Shown in pieces: positions 9,445 to 19,618 of a DNA stretch of 64,000 nt. The DNA comes from an uncultured Bacillaceae bacterium. Lineage in GTDB: Bacteria > Bacillota > Bacilli > Bacillales > Guptibacillaceae. The notes under the pieces are model-generated. The model made no database searches, was not told the origin of the DNA, and saw only the letters and a list, made by a program, of their open reading frames with translations. A program made the translations under genes and the position numbers. Within the stretch, counting starts at the first letter, position 1. Every line of letters begins with the position of its first letter. The stretch spans positions 8,318 to 72,317 of the forward strand of contig CAVUAW010000016.1 of assembly GCA_963739655.1 (NCBI GenBank), written 5' to 3'.

Positions 9445-9720
9445 TTAAGCGCTTAATACTTCACGCAAAAACGTTCGAAGCTCTTCTGCATCTTCTTCAT
9501 TAAGGGAGTAGGCATGCTCGAGGTTACCCGGCTCATTTAGATCATCGTGGCCTATAATTGCAAACTTACCTCCTTGAATATCAAGGACTAGAGATTTTCC
9601 GAAAAAGCGATCTGATTTCACAATGCAAAGGTCAAACCGATGATTGCTTCCCATAAAGCATACGAACCGGGCTTCTGTAGCTTCCTGTTCGTCATAGATG
9701 AGTCTGTCGTCTTCCATCAT
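9445..9720 (-). CDS. DUF3055 family protein
   Basis: RFVCFMGSNHRFDL, FGKSLVLDIQ, AIIGHDDL motifs; RBS. Confidence 0.75.
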   Translation of the reverse strand: MMEDDRLIYDEQEATEARFVCFMGSNHRFDLCIVKSDRFFGKSLVLDIQGGKFAIIGHDDLNEPGNLEHAYSLNEEDAEELRTFLREVLSA

Positions 9721-9919
9721 AGCACCCTCCTTTTCTAGTTATCGTTATCATAACAAATTCTGATGCTTTCTCAAATAAGTTGTGGAGGAAATGTAAGCTT
9801 TTACAAATACGGATATGATAAACTAGAGGTATGTAATTGGGAAAGCATCTTAAATCTAAGTAAAAATTTAAATAATGTCTTCGCTATAGTTAATTCGTTT
9901 AATGGGTAGGTGTGTAGCA

Positions 9920-10366
9920 ATGTATTTTGTAGATAGAAGGAAAATAGAAGAACATCTTGTGTACATTGATGATGGAGTGAATCTTTTTAAAAAGAGTGAA
10001 TTTCAAAAGCCACTTGAAAAATTGGCATTAGAAAGACTTCACCATGTATTCATTGAAAGTATGATCGATGTGGGGAACAATATCATCGATGGATTTATCA
10101 TGAGAGATCCAGGGAGTTATGAAGATATTATTGAAATTCTAGCCGATGAAAAAGTTATCCCCTTTGATTGTGCGAACGATTTGAAACAGATAGTCATGAT
10201 GCGGAAATCGCTTATGCAGGCGTACGTCACGATGGATCACGCTATCTTGGAGAAGAATTTAAAGGGAAACCTAAGTGCTCTCGAAGGATTTTCATCTTAT
10301 GTTCGTACATATCTAAATGAAGAACTTGGTGCCGTATCGGCATTTCTTCCAGAAGATAATAAATAG
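9920..10366 (+). CDS. yutE: DUF86/HepT-like protein YutE
   Basis: IDVGNNIIDGFIMRDPGSYEDII motif; start moved to ATG 9920; synteny. Confidence 0.85.
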   Translation: MYFVDRRKIEEHLVYIDDGVNLFKKSEFQKPLEKLALERLHHVFIESMIDVGNNIIDGFIMRDPGSYEDIIEILADEKVIPFDCANDLKQIVMMRKSLMQAYVTMDHAILEKNLKGNLSALEGFSSYVRTYLNEELGAVSAFLPEDNK

Positions 10367-10535
10367 TTAGGTCCTTTGGGTGATTAATTGAAGTAGGATG
10401 AAAGGTGTTTTTGATGATGAAAAGCCATTTTCTATGGAGCCAACAACTAAATTTTTCATACGAAAACACGAATAAATGGACCGCTTTCAGAAATGAAAGC
10501 GGTTTTCTAATGGGTGAAATTGAAGAGGAGGAAGT

Positions 10536-11303
10536 ATGATGAAAAATTATAAAGGTTATTTAATCGATCTAGATGGGACCATGTATCGAGGAACAGAAAA
10601 AATTCATGAAGCGGTAGAGTTTGTGAAGCGTCTTCAAAAAGCAAATATTCCATATTTATTTGTGACGAATAATTCTTCGAAACGGAAAGAACAGGTTTCA
10701 AAGAAGCTAGAGCAGTTTGGTGTACCATGCACTCCTGATCATGTTTTTACGACAAGCATGGCAACAGCTAGTTATATCTCGAATGAGAAAAAGGACGCTA
10801 CTGTGTTTGTAATAGGCGAAGAGGGCATTCGTGATGCACTTACGGATGAAGGACTGACAATGAAAGATGAAAATCCTGATTATGTTGTTGTCGGAATCGA
10901 CAGAACGATATCGTATGAGAAGTTCGCTAAAGCGTGTATTGCAGTACGTAATGGTGCTACCTTCATATCTACGAATGGAGATATTGCGATTCCTACAGAA
11001 AGAGGACTATTGCCTGGTAATGGTTCATTAACTGCTGTCGTAACTGTATCAACAGAAGTAGAGCCGATCTTCATCGGGAAGCCGGAACCAATTATTATGG
11101 AACAAGCTCTGACTCAGCTCGGAACAAGCAAAGAGGAAACGTTGATGGTTGGAGATAATTACAGAACCGATATTCTAGCTGGTATTCATGCAGGGATTGA
11201 TACGTTACTTGTTCATACAGGTGTTACAACAAAGGAACATCTTGAAACAGTAGAGGAACAACCAGTTTATACAGCCCAAACCCTTGATGAATGGAAAATT
11301 TAA
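10536..11303 (+). CDS. yutF: HAD-IIA hydrolase (NagD-like)
   Basis: DLDGT, FVTNNS, IGKP and MVGDNYRTDI HAD motifs. Confidence 0.92.
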   Translation: MMKNYKGYLIDLDGTMYRGTEKIHEAVEFVKRLQKANIPYLFVTNNSSKRKEQVSKKLEQFGVPCTPDHVFTTSMATASYISNEKKDATVFVIGEEGIRDALTDEGLTMKDENPDYVVVGIDRTISYEKFAKACIAVRNGATFISTNGDIAIPTERGLLPGNGSLTAVVTVSTEVEPIFIGKPEPIIMEQALTQLGTSKEETLMVGDNYRTDILAGIHAGIDTLLVHTGVTTKEHLETVEEQPVYTAQTLDEWKI

Positions 11304-11327
11304 AAACGCCCAATTGGGCGTTTTTTT
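11302..11327. terminator. Bidirectional terminator yutF/yutG
   Basis: aaaaacgccc-aatt-gggcgttttt. Confidence 0.75.
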
Positions 11328-11336
11328 ATGATGATT

Positions 11337-11834
11337 TTATTTAACATTCTGAGCTCGATGCGCAAGACGGCTGGATGCAGCGGCGGCAATGGCGCCGACA
11401 ATATCATCTAGATAGGTATGGCATTTTCCACTCGATTTATCATTCAGTTTTTCGAGGATCCCTGGCTTTTGTTTGTCGATGAAGCCATAATTTGTAAAAC
11501 CGATTGATCCATACACGTTCACGATAGACAGAGCAATTATTTCATCAACACCGTACAACCCTTCGTCCTTCATCAAGATATCCTGAAGAGGTTGGTCTAA
11601 CATTTTTTTCTCAGTTAATTCATCTAGCTGGATTCCGGTCAGAATCGCATTTTGAACTTCGCGCTTTGAAAGTACACGTTCAACGTTTTGAATACAAGTG
11701 TCTATATGAAGGTTGGGGTGATACTTTTCCTGGAGATAATAGACAAGGTCTGCAATATCTTTAATCTCGACACCGCGTTCTGTTAGTTTACTTCGAGCTG
11801 CTTTTTCCACAAGATCCATAGGTTCTTGGCCCAT
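11337..11834 (-). CDS. yutG: Phosphatidylglycerophosphatase A family protein
   Basis: DEGLYGVDE, YGSIGFTNYG and LDDIVGAIAAAASS motifs; start at ATG 11834 after RBS AGGTGG. Confidence 0.88.
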   Translation of the reverse strand: MGQEPMDLVEKAARSKLTERGVEIKDIADLVYYLQEKYHPNLHIDTCIQNVERVLSKREVQNAILTGIQLDELTEKKMLDQPLQDILMKDEGLYGVDEIIALSIVNVYGSIGFTNYGFIDKQKPGILEKLNDKSSGKCHTYLDDIVGAIAAAASSRLAHRAQNVK

Positions 11835-11999
11835 TCTTGTCCCACCTAACTTTATAGTAAATTGGTATTGTTTGTTATTGATTTTATTAGTATATGGTGA
11901 CCAGCCACGAAATATGACAAAGGCAAAACGTGGGTCATACACCGATTGGGCGGCAGGGCATATAGTACAGATATAATGACGAACTTCCGGAGGGTCATC

Positions 12000-13001
12000 A
12001 TGCTTGAACGGGAACTATTTCATCAGTACGGGATTGTTGTTAACCAGCAGAGCCAAAAGAACAATGGTTACTTGCTCCGAACGGCTGATATGTCTGAATT
12101 TATATTGAAGCGTGCAAATATCGAACAAGAAGGAGAATTTCCATGGTATGTCATGGTTGCACATTATTTCAACCAGCAGAATGAGCCTACGATGTTGCCA
12201 GTTCTTTCAAAACGAGGAAAGTATATTGAGACAATTAATAATGAAGCGCATGTTCTTTACCAGAAACCACATGATCGAGGCGGGGGTGTATGGCATAGTG
12301 ATGGAAGCCGACTTGCCCTTATTCACCGTAAAGGCGGAAATCTTCTAACAGCTTATAATGAAGTGCCTGAAATTCAACCATGGCAAATGAGATGGCAGTA
12401 TCGGATGGATCAACTCGCTTCTTTTCGTGAGGAGTTAAAAAACCAGGGGCAACCATTGAGAGAATTTGATGAATGGTTCATCGAAACATTCCCATATTAT
12501 TCAGGTGTAGCAGAGAATGCGATTCAATACATTGTCGATTGTGGTATAGATACGGGTCTTAATCCGTTCGAGACGAGAACTCTGACATTTAATCGATATA
12601 CGTCTATGTATCAAAGAAACTCAGAGGGAATATTTCCGAATGATCTTATTCTCGACCATCCTGCAAGAGATCTTGCCGAATGGATCAGAAATGAACTCTT
12701 TGAAACTGATGCAGATTTTGAAACAATTAGAAAGTTTCTTTGGGATTATCATGAAAGACGCACGCTAAATCAGATGGACTGGAATCTGCTATATGCAAGA
12801 TTACTCTTCCCGCTACCTTATGTTGAAACGGTGGAACATTATTATAGTGATGGGAATTTAAAAGAAAAAGAAAGAAGTCTTACTAATATTCAGCGATTTG
12901 TCAGAACAGAAGGTGAGCGAGAAGAAATATATCGGAAATTTTTTAAAGAACTGGTGGGAGATTACGGGGGACAGATGAGGAGAATCGATTGGTTAAGTTA
13001 A
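12000..13001 (+). CDS. yutH: Spore coat protein YutH (CotS-related kinase-like fold)
   Basis: ETFPYYSGVAENAIQY, LDHPARDLAEW and YARLLFP motifs; start at ATG 12000 after GGAGGG. Confidence 0.85.
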   Translation: MLERELFHQYGIVVNQQSQKNNGYLLRTADMSEFILKRANIEQEGEFPWYVMVAHYFNQQNEPTMLPVLSKRGKYIETINNEAHVLYQKPHDRGGGVWHSDGSRLALIHRKGGNLLTAYNEVPEIQPWQMRWQYRMDQLASFREELKNQGQPLREFDEWFIETFPYYSGVAENAIQYIVDCGIDTGLNPFETRTLTFNRYTSMYQRNSEGIFPNDLILDHPARDLAEWIRNELFETDADFETIRKFLWDYHERRTLNQMDWNLLYARLLFPLPYVETVEHYYSDGNLKEKERSLTNIQRFVRTEGEREEIYRKFFKELVGDYGGQMRRIDWLS

Positions 13002-13053
13002 TTGGAAAATCCATCAGACCCCATAGTAATTGCGAATCGTTACATTATAAAAA

Positions 13054-13081
13054 ATCCCCTCCAGAACGTTCTGGAGGGGAT
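13054..13081. terminator. Bidirectional terminator yutH/nfuA
   Basis: atcccctccagaac / gttctggaggggat inverted repeat. Confidence 0.7.
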
Positions 13082-13094
13082 GAATGTGTTTGAT

Positions 13095-13316
13095 TTAGAA
13101 TACCTGCTCAAGTTCGGTCACGCCAGGAACTTCTTCTAGAAGCGCGCGCTCGATACCTGCTTTAAGTGTAATAGTGGAACTAGGGCAGCTGCCGCACGCT
13201 CCCATTAGGCGTACTTTTACAACGCCTTCTTCGATGTCTACAAGCTCTACGTCTCCGCCGTCACGCAGGAGGAATGGACGCAGTTTATTCAATACATCCT
13301 GTACTTGTTCTTGCAT
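13095..13316 (-). CDS. yutI: NifU-C/Nfu Fe-S carrier protein
   Basis: [10 protein letters not shown] and GACGSCPSS motifs. Confidence 0.93.
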   Translation of the reverse strand: MQEQVQDVLNKLRPFLLRDGGDVELVDIEEGVVKVRLMGACGSCPSSTITLKAGIERALLEEVPGVTELEQVF

Positions 13317-13530
13317 CTATCATCGACTCCCTTCATACTTCCATTATACTGATAATTACTTAAAAAATCTATGTGCTAATGTGGAATGATTATAATTATC
13401 ACTATAACTTTATCACGGTATGACCACACATTCAAGATTGGGAATTGAAAAAGGCAAATGGTTCTTTTCGTCCTACAAAGAATAAGGTACAATATAGGAA
13501 ATCGACAGAATAGAAAGGTTGTTTTGCGTC

Positions 13531-13839
13531 ATGGAAGAAGTACTCGTTTATGGAGCTGGGGAACGTTGTGCAAGCTGTGTGAATTTACCTTCTTCAGAAG
13601 AAACGGCTGAATGGCTTAAAGCAGCACTTGACCGTAAATATCCAGATCGACAAATAAGTGTTCGTTACGTAGATATTCATAGTAAGCTAACTGGTAGTGA
13701 AGCGGCTTTTGCTGCTAAAATCATCGATGAGGATTTATTTTATCCGGTTGTAGTCGTTCGTAATGAAATTGTATCAGAAGGAAATCCGAAACTGAAAGAT
13801 CTTTACGCTGTTTTAGAAGATCATTCTGCTACAGCATAA
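13531..13839 (+). CDS. yuzD: YuzD-like thioredoxin-fold protein
   Basis: CASCVNLPSS and LFYPVVV motifs; synteny. Confidence 0.85.
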   Translation: MEEVLVYGAGERCASCVNLPSSEETAEWLKAALDRKYPDRQISVRYVDIHSKLTGSEAAFAAKIIDEDLFYPVVVVRNEIVSEGNPKLKDLYAVLEDHSATA

Positions 13840-14036
13840 GCTTGAGAACGAGTGAGTCGAAATCGGCTCGCTCGTTTTTCTGTTTGGCTCTTTAAGAACT
13901 ATGAAGGTAACGTGCTCTAATGAAGACCTCCCTAAGCTACATACAATTAAATTAGTTTTAATTAATAAAAGGGAATTAATGGTTGGTAAGCGAATATATA
14001 ACCGTTATTATTATTTATTTTAGGGAGAGAATCTTT

Positions 14037-14384
14037 ATGGAATCAACTTCGGTAGCAGAAATTCATTTGCATCAAGGAGAAACAAAGTCTTATTTTGATG
14101 GCGGGCTATTCCAATTAATTGGGTACACTTTATTGGGGTGGTTGGTTACAACAATAACCCTGGGAATATGTTATCCCTGGTCATTTACGATGATTTATTC
14201 TTGGAAAGCTAGACATACAGTGATAGGTGGAAAGCGTCTTCGATTTGAAGGTACAGCACTGCAGTTATTTGGAAATTGGGTTAAGTGGTGGTTATTAACT
14301 ATTGTGACCTTAGGAATCTATAGTTTCTGGTTATTTATAGCTCTTGAAAAGTGGAAAACAAAGCATACTCATTTTCAGAACTAA
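14037..14384 (+). CDS. DUF898-like small membrane protein with two internal repeats
   Basis: Two copies of F.G...QL.G...WL.T..TLGI...W......WK..HT; start at ATG 14037 after AGGGAG. Confidence 0.7.
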   Translation: MESTSVAEIHLHQGETKSYFDGGLFQLIGYTLLGWLVTTITLGICYPWSFTMIYSWKARHTVIGGKRLRFEGTALQLFGNWVKWWLLTIVTLGIYSFWLFIALEKWKTKHTHFQN

Positions 14385-14420
14385 TTAGTGAAAAGTTATT
14401 TCATCTGATGTGAAGATAAT

Positions 14421-14465
14421 AAATAGCGAAATCCCAACTTATTTAAAGTGGGGATTTCGCTATTT
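14421..14465. terminator. Bidirectional terminator
   Basis: aaatagcgaaatccc...gggatttcgctattt inverted repeat between convergent genes. Confidence 0.75.
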
Positions 14466-14516
14466 AAAATGTATTGTTTATGAATTATTAATCGATATTG
14501 CTATTAAGTCAACTTT

Positions 14517-15581
14517 CTACCCGTTATGATTCTTATACATCCATAGAATACCTGACTTGAGAAGTCTCGGAACCCTTCCAGTAAGTGGGCGATTGGCCAT
14601 GATACCGAAGCCGTGTTTGCTTCCTAGTGAACCAAGTGTTCCCTTGATTTTAATTGGCGGAAGAGCGGGTGGTGTTTCTTGTTTCCATTGTTTTTGAAGA
14701 ACGAGTGCAATTTGTTCTGCCTGCTCCTCAGCAAGCTGTGCACTTGGGGCATGCGGCAGACTTGCGCAGTCTCCGACAACAAATACGTTTTGATGATCAG
14801 GGATGGAATGATATTCACCGAGAATGATCCGCTGCTGAGGATCTTTTTCTACCTCAAGATCTCTCACGATTTTATTTGGTTGAATACCTGCTGTCCATAC
14901 GATCGAGTCACAGTGAACGGGCTCTCCGTGGTTATAAAGAGTTTGCGGTTCAACTTTCGTAATATTCGATTCACTAACCACTTCTACATTGCGCTCTTCA
15001 AACCAGGATTGAACGTATTTTCCGAGACGTTCAGGGAATGCCGATAGAATCGTATTTCCTCTGTCGAAGAGCTTGATCTGAAGATCTGGTCGGCTTTCAT
15101 GAAGTTCGCTTGCAAGCTCCACACCGCTTAATCCAGCCCCGACGATACCAACGACGGAATTTGCTCCGAGATTGTTTAATACTTCGTAAGTTCTACGTGA
15201 TGAATCAATGGTTTGAATGCTTAACGTATGCACATCTGCTCCAGGTACGTTGTGATACTTGTCTTCACATCCTAACCCAATGACAAGAATGTCATAGGCG
15301 AGGTTGTCATCATTTTTCAGGTTGATCAAATTCGCATTAAGGTCAATACCTGAGATTTCTCCGTACTTAATTTCGAGCTTTTGGTGAGCAGGGAATTGAA
15401 CACGTATATGGTGATCGCTTGCTGTCCCTGCAGCAAGGGCATAATATTCAGTTTTCATACTATGATAGGGATTGCGGTCAACGAGCGTAATGGTGAGGTC
15501 TTCTGGTAGATCAGATGCAAATAATTTCTGTAGGATGCGCATACCACCGTATCCGCCGCCTAAAAGCACTAGCCTTTTCAT
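14517..15581 (-). CDS. yutJ: NADH dehydrogenase-like FAD oxidoreductase YutJ
   Basis: LLGGGYGG, VGAGLSGVELA, WTAG and GDCA motifs. Confidence 0.88.
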   Translation of the reverse strand: MKRLVLLGGGYGGMRILQKLFASDLPEDLTITLVDRNPYHSMKTEYYALAAGTASDHHIRVQFPAHQKLEIKYGEISGIDLNANLINLKNDDNLAYDILVIGLGCEDKYHNVPGADVHTLSIQTIDSSRRTYEVLNNLGANSVVGIVGAGLSGVELASELHESRPDLQIKLFDRGNTILSAFPERLGKYVQSWFEERNVEVVSESNITKVEPQTLYNHGEPVHCDSIVWTAGIQPNKIVRDLEVEKDPQQRIILGEYHSIPDHQNVFVVGDCASLPHAPSAQLAEEQAEQIALVLQKQWKQETPPALPPIKIKGTLGSLGSKHGFGIMANRPLTGRVPRLLKSGILWMYKNHNG

Positions 15582-15773
15582 GATAAGAGGTCCCCTTTAA
15601 TAAAATTCGATAACGCTGTCTCCCTGTAAAGGACAAATTTTTGAAGAAACTGAGTTTGTTGAAGAAAAAAGGAAGCGAGACGCGCTATAATAAAGCTATA
15701 CATTTCAATCTGCTATGACAGTTAAAAGTATAGCGAAACTGCGACTTATGTACAATATAATTTCTAAAATGCG

Positions 15774-16013
15774 TTGATAGGGAGTTGTTTCAATTTGACT
15801 ACGGTTGAATTTTGTGCAGGTAATCTCAAACAGAATCGAATGGTTTGGAGTGAATTAGAAAAGCTACCTGGAATTGAATTAGTAGACTATGGGTGCCTTG
15901 GTTACTGTGGAAATTGTTACGTCGAATGCTTTGCCATTGTTGACGGAGTGTTAATGAGTGCGGATACTCAGACAGCATTAATTGATCGAATTGTCCGAAA
16001 AATAAACCTCTAA
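15774..16013 (+). CDS. yuzB: YuzB/UPF0349 family Cys-rich protein
   Basis: VEFC, YGCLGYCGNC, FAIVDG motifs; divergent from yutJ. Confidence 0.8.
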   Translation: MIGSCFNLTTVEFCAGNLKQNRMVWSELEKLPGIELVDYGCLGYCGNCYVECFAIVDGVLMSADTQTALIDRIVRKINL

Positions 16014-16153
16014 AATTAAGGGCTTTCAAGCTTTTTATTCTGTGTTATAATGACAAAGGTTCACATTCAAAGTCTGAGAGAGAGAACAGGCTTTTTTATT
16101 TTTCGTATTTGTTGCGAAAAATGTCGAATTTTCAAACAAATCAAAAAGTCGTT

Positions 16154-16167
16154 TGTAAGCGCTGTAT
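16154..16167 (+). promoter_or_regulatory. Possible cre (CcpA) site upstream of the nucleoside transporter
   Basis: tgtaagcgctgtat, two mismatches to TGWAARCGYTWNCW. Confidence 0.35.
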
Positions 16168-16261
16168 CTAGTCGATAGATATCATACTAACTATTTTTAA
16201 TCTGGTAATGGGGTACTCTATGCTTATAAACGGAATGAATAGAAAACGAGGGGTGTAAAAT

Positions 16262-17485
16262 ATGCAAATTCTATGGGGATTTGGTGGTATGGCGGTTCTT
16301 TTTGCTATCGCACTGATCTTTTCTACAAACCGCAAAGCGATTAACCTTCGTACCGTTCTTGGTGCACTTGTCATTCAGGTTGCATTTGCTTTTGTAGTAC
16401 TTAAATGGGAAGCAGGTAAAGCTGCTCTTAAGCAATTATCATTATTCGTGCAGGATATTATTGGATATGCGAATGAAGGGATAAGTTTCTTATTCGGCGG
16501 TTTAATCGGGAATGAAGACATTGGGATGATCTTTGCTTTTCAAGTTCTAACAATCATTATCTTCTTCTCTTCTCTTATTTCTGTCCTTTATTATCTTGGG
16601 ATCATGCAGTGGATTATTCGTCTGCTTGGTGGAGCGATTTCTTGGGCGCTCGGGACAAGCAAAGCGGAATCACTATCTGCAACGGCTAACATTTTTGTTG
16701 GTCAAACAGAGGCACCGCTTGTCATTAAACCATACCTTGATAAAATGACGAAATCAGAACTATTTGCTGTTATGACAGGTGGACTTGCGTCTGTGGCAGG
16801 ATCTGTACTTGTTGGGTACTCTCTACTAGGAGTGCCGCTTGAATACTTGCTTGCGGCAAGTTTCATGGCTGCACCGGCTGGACTATTGATGGCGAAGCTG
16901 ATTATGCCAGAAACAGAAAAGTCTGAGACAGCTGATGAAATTAAGATGGAAAGAAATGAAGATCATGTTAATGTGATCGATGCTGCTGCACACGGGGCAT
17001 CGGATGGTCTTAAGCTAGCACTTAATGTTGGAGCAATGCTTCTTGCATTTATTGCATTGATTGCTCTCCTAAACGGTTTATTAGGCGGTATTGGAGGATG
17101 GTTTGGCGTAGAAAGCTTAACAATTCAACAAATACTAGGATATATTTTCTCTCCACTTGCCTTTGTTATTGGTGTTCCATGGCAGGATGCTGTTCAAGCG
17201 GGTAACTACATTGGTCAGAAATTAATTCTTAATGAATTTGTTGCTTTCTCTTCTTTCGGACCAGAAATCAGTGCAGGGACCCTTACTGATAAGTCTGTTG
17301 CGATCATTAGTTTCGCATTATGTGGTTTCGCGAACTTCTCTTCACTAGCGATTCTCCTTGGTGGACTTGGTGGTCTTGCTCCAAAACGTCGACCAGATAT
17401 TGCTAAGATGGGGATGCGTGCGATTCTAGCAGGAACACTTGCTAACCTGTTAAACGCAGCGATTGCTGGTATGCTTATTTTTTAA
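16262..17485 (+). CDS. yutK: CNT/NupC family Na+/H+:nucleoside symporter
   Basis: [23 protein letters not shown] and [11 protein letters not shown] motifs. Confidence 0.92.
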   Translation: MQILWGFGGMAVLFAIALIFSTNRKAINLRTVLGALVIQVAFAFVVLKWEAGKAALKQLSLFVQDIIGYANEGISFLFGGLIGNEDIGMIFAFQVLTIIIFFSSLISVLYYLGIMQWIIRLLGGAISWALGTSKAESLSATANIFVGQTEAPLVIKPYLDKMTKSELFAVMTGGLASVAGSVLVGYSLLGVPLEYLLAASFMAAPAGLLMAKLIMPETEKSETADEIKMERNEDHVNVIDAAAHGASDGLKLALNVGAMLLAFIALIALLNGLLGGIGGWFGVESLTIQQILGYIFSPLAFVIGVPWQDAVQAGNYIGQKLILNEFVAFSSFGPEISAGTLTDKSVAIISFALCGFANFSSLAILLGGLGGLAPKRRPDIAKMGMRAILAGTLANLLNAAIAGMLIF

Positions 17486-17607
17486 AGTTTAGCCTCTTTT
17501 TAGAGGCTTTTTTTATTTGCTATATTAATGATGCGTGGGCAAAGCAGTGTTGTTTTTTAGTTGTATTACGGTATACTGGTCTAAATAAAAGACAGGGGGG
17601 ATCATTT

Positions 17608-17847
17608 GTGAGTAGCTTTGAACATACACTGCCGTACGATCGTATGATGGGAGATGTGTATATCCCGCAATGCCCGTTCTGTCATAGTGAGAATGTACTT
17701 ACGCCTATGACGGACCGAGATTATAAGCAGGGCTACGAAGAAATAAAAACAAGGCTCGTCATGCCTTGCTGTAACTCTAAGATTATGATTGAAAAAATCG
17801 ATAATGATTATTTCTGGACAACAGAACCTGTTCGGAAAAGCCATTAA
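17608..17847 (+). CDS. Small Cys-containing hypothetical protein (possible zinc ribbon)
   Basis: 79 aa, CPFC and PCC motifs, RBS GGGGG, 12 nt before dapF. Confidence 0.65.
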   Translation: MSSFEHTLPYDRMMGDVYIPQCPFCHSENVLTPMTDRDYKQGYEEIKTRLVMPCCNSKIMIEKIDNDYFWTTEPVRKSH

Positions 17848-17859
17848 AATATAGAGAGA

Positions 17860-18729
17860 GTGAAAGAATTGCGTGAAATCAGATATACAAAAATGCATGG
17901 ACTTGGAAACAATTATATTTACATCAATCTTTTCAATCAGGAATTATCTGAAGAAAATCTTTCAACGTATGCGATTGACGTCTCAAATGTCTATACTGGA
18001 ATCGGGTCAGATGGCATGATCTTAATCGGTCCGTCTGATCGCGCTGATGTGAAGATGAGAATCTTTAACAGAGATGGATCAGAAGGCAAAAATTGCGGAA
18101 ACGGTTTACGTTGTGTTGCGAAATATGCCTATGAGAATGGACTCGTTTGTTCTGAAAAATTTGCAATTGAAACGCTCGCTGGTCTCGTTCAGGCCGAAGT
18201 CCATATCACGAACAATGTCGTTGAGATGGTTACAATCGATATGGGAAGGCCCCAATGGACAAAAGCTAGCCTTCCAATGGTAGGGAATTCTAACGAAGAA
18301 GTCATTCAAGAAGCAGTTTCATTCGGAGATCAAACGCTTAAAATGACGGGTGTTTCGATGGGGAACCCTCATATGGTTATGTTTGTAGATGATATTGAAG
18401 CAGCACCGCTTACAACAGCAGGTCCCTATTTCACAAATCATGAGATGTTTCCAGAAAGTATTAATGTTGAATTCGTGGAAGTAGTCTCCCACAAGGAGTA
18501 TCATTTTCGTGTATGGGAACGTGGATCTGGTATTACACAGGCGTGTGGTACGGGAGCATGTGCAGCTGTAGTTGCTGGAGTATTGAATGGGAAAACCAGT
18601 AAAGGGACTGAGGTCACAGTTCATCTAGCAGGCGGAGATCTACAGATTAACTGGGACCAAGATGGCCACGTTTGGATGACTGGCCCCGCCGAAACAATTA
18701 CGACCGGTATCTATTATTCACATGAATAA
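17860..18729 (+). CDS. dapF: Diaminopimelate epimerase
   Basis: [23 protein letters not shown] and [13 protein letters not shown] motifs. Confidence 0.97.
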   Translation: MKELREIRYTKMHGLGNNYIYINLFNQELSEENLSTYAIDVSNVYTGIGSDGMILIGPSDRADVKMRIFNRDGSEGKNCGNGLRCVAKYAYENGLVCSEKFAIETLAGLVQAEVHITNNVVEMVTIDMGRPQWTKASLPMVGNSNEEVIQEAVSFGDQTLKMTGVSMGNPHMVMFVDDIEAAPLTTAGPYFTNHEMFPESINVEFVEVVSHKEYHFRVWERGSGITQACGTGACAAVVAGVLNGKTSKGTEVTVHLAGGDLQINWDQDGHVWMTGPAETITTGIYYSHE

Positions 18730-18787
18730 ATGGAAATTCAGAAAGGTTTGTAAATAAAAGGATATTCATGTAGAATAACAGAAGGAA

Positions 18788-19009
18788 GTGATTAGAGAGG
18801 GGACTCAAAGCTTGTACTGTGAAAAGATGCAGCGATATAATGATGAAATTGAAATTCTACGAGCAAAAATGACGCAGACGGCTATAGCACTTGGATTAAA
18901 TCATCCTGACGTACTTGAGTATAGTCAAAAACTTGATGAAACGCATAACCTGATATTACAGTTGAAATATAAGGATCAAGTAAAAGAACTTAGTGTATCC
19001 CACTCTTAA
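18788..19009 (+). CDS. Spo0E-like aspartyl-phosphate phosphatase
   Basis: IEILRAKM...GLNHPDVLEYSQKLD signature. Confidence 0.8.
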   Translation: MIREGTQSLYCEKMQRYNDEIEILRAKMTQTAIALGLNHPDVLEYSQKLDETHNLILQLKYKDQVKELSVSHS

Positions 19010-19104
19010 GGTCCATTTGGTTCACTATATAAGCTTCAATTGTTGAGCTTGATTCAGAAGCGCGATATACTAATAGTAGCATTACGGTGATTGGAGGGAT
19101 TTAA

Positions 19105-19461
19105 ATGATCCATTTATCTGAAGCTGCAGCAGCACAGGTAAAAGAAATGATGAAGCAAGAAGAAGGTGACAGCCTTTATCTTCGTGTCGGTGTAAAAGGC
19201 GGAGGCTGTACTGGTTTAAGCTACGGCATGGGTTTTGATACGGAAATGAAAGCCGATGATCAAGAACTTGATGCTCAGCACGGTGTTACGATTATTATGG
19301 ACAAAGAAAGTGCGCCGATCTTGAACGGTGTAAAAATTGATTATAAACAAAACATGATGGGCGGCGGATTCACGATCGACAATCCGAACGCGATCGCATC
19401 ATGCGGCTGTGGTTCTTCGTTTAAGACAGCGACGAATGCAGGTACGCCGGAGAATTGTTAA
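19105..19461 (+). CDS. sufA: HesB/IscA Fe-S assembly protein
   Basis: GGGCTGLSY and NPNAIASCGCGSSF motifs. Confidence 0.93.
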   Translation: MIHLSEAAAAQVKEMMKQEEGDSLYLRVGVKGGGCTGLSYGMGFDTEMKADDQELDAQHGVTIIMDKESAPILNGVKIDYKQNMMGGGFTIDNPNAIASCGCGSSFKTATNAGTPENC

Positions 19462-19618
19462 TGTATTTCGAACCTTCCCAAATGGGAAGGTTTTTTTATT
19501 GTCATAAAAAAGGGTTTTTAGTCGTTTTATCGAACCATTTGGAGAAGGAGTAGACTTTGCTTCTGATAGCAACAGCAACTATTTCAAGCCGTGTCAGGCG
19601 ATAAAAGGAGTGTCATGT

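Noticed and set aside
10414-10539. Possible 41-aa ORF overlapping the yutF start (MMKSHFLW...EEEEV)
   Set aside because: Crosses the yutE terminator hairpin, weak RBS, no recognisable features; cannot be supported without conservation data
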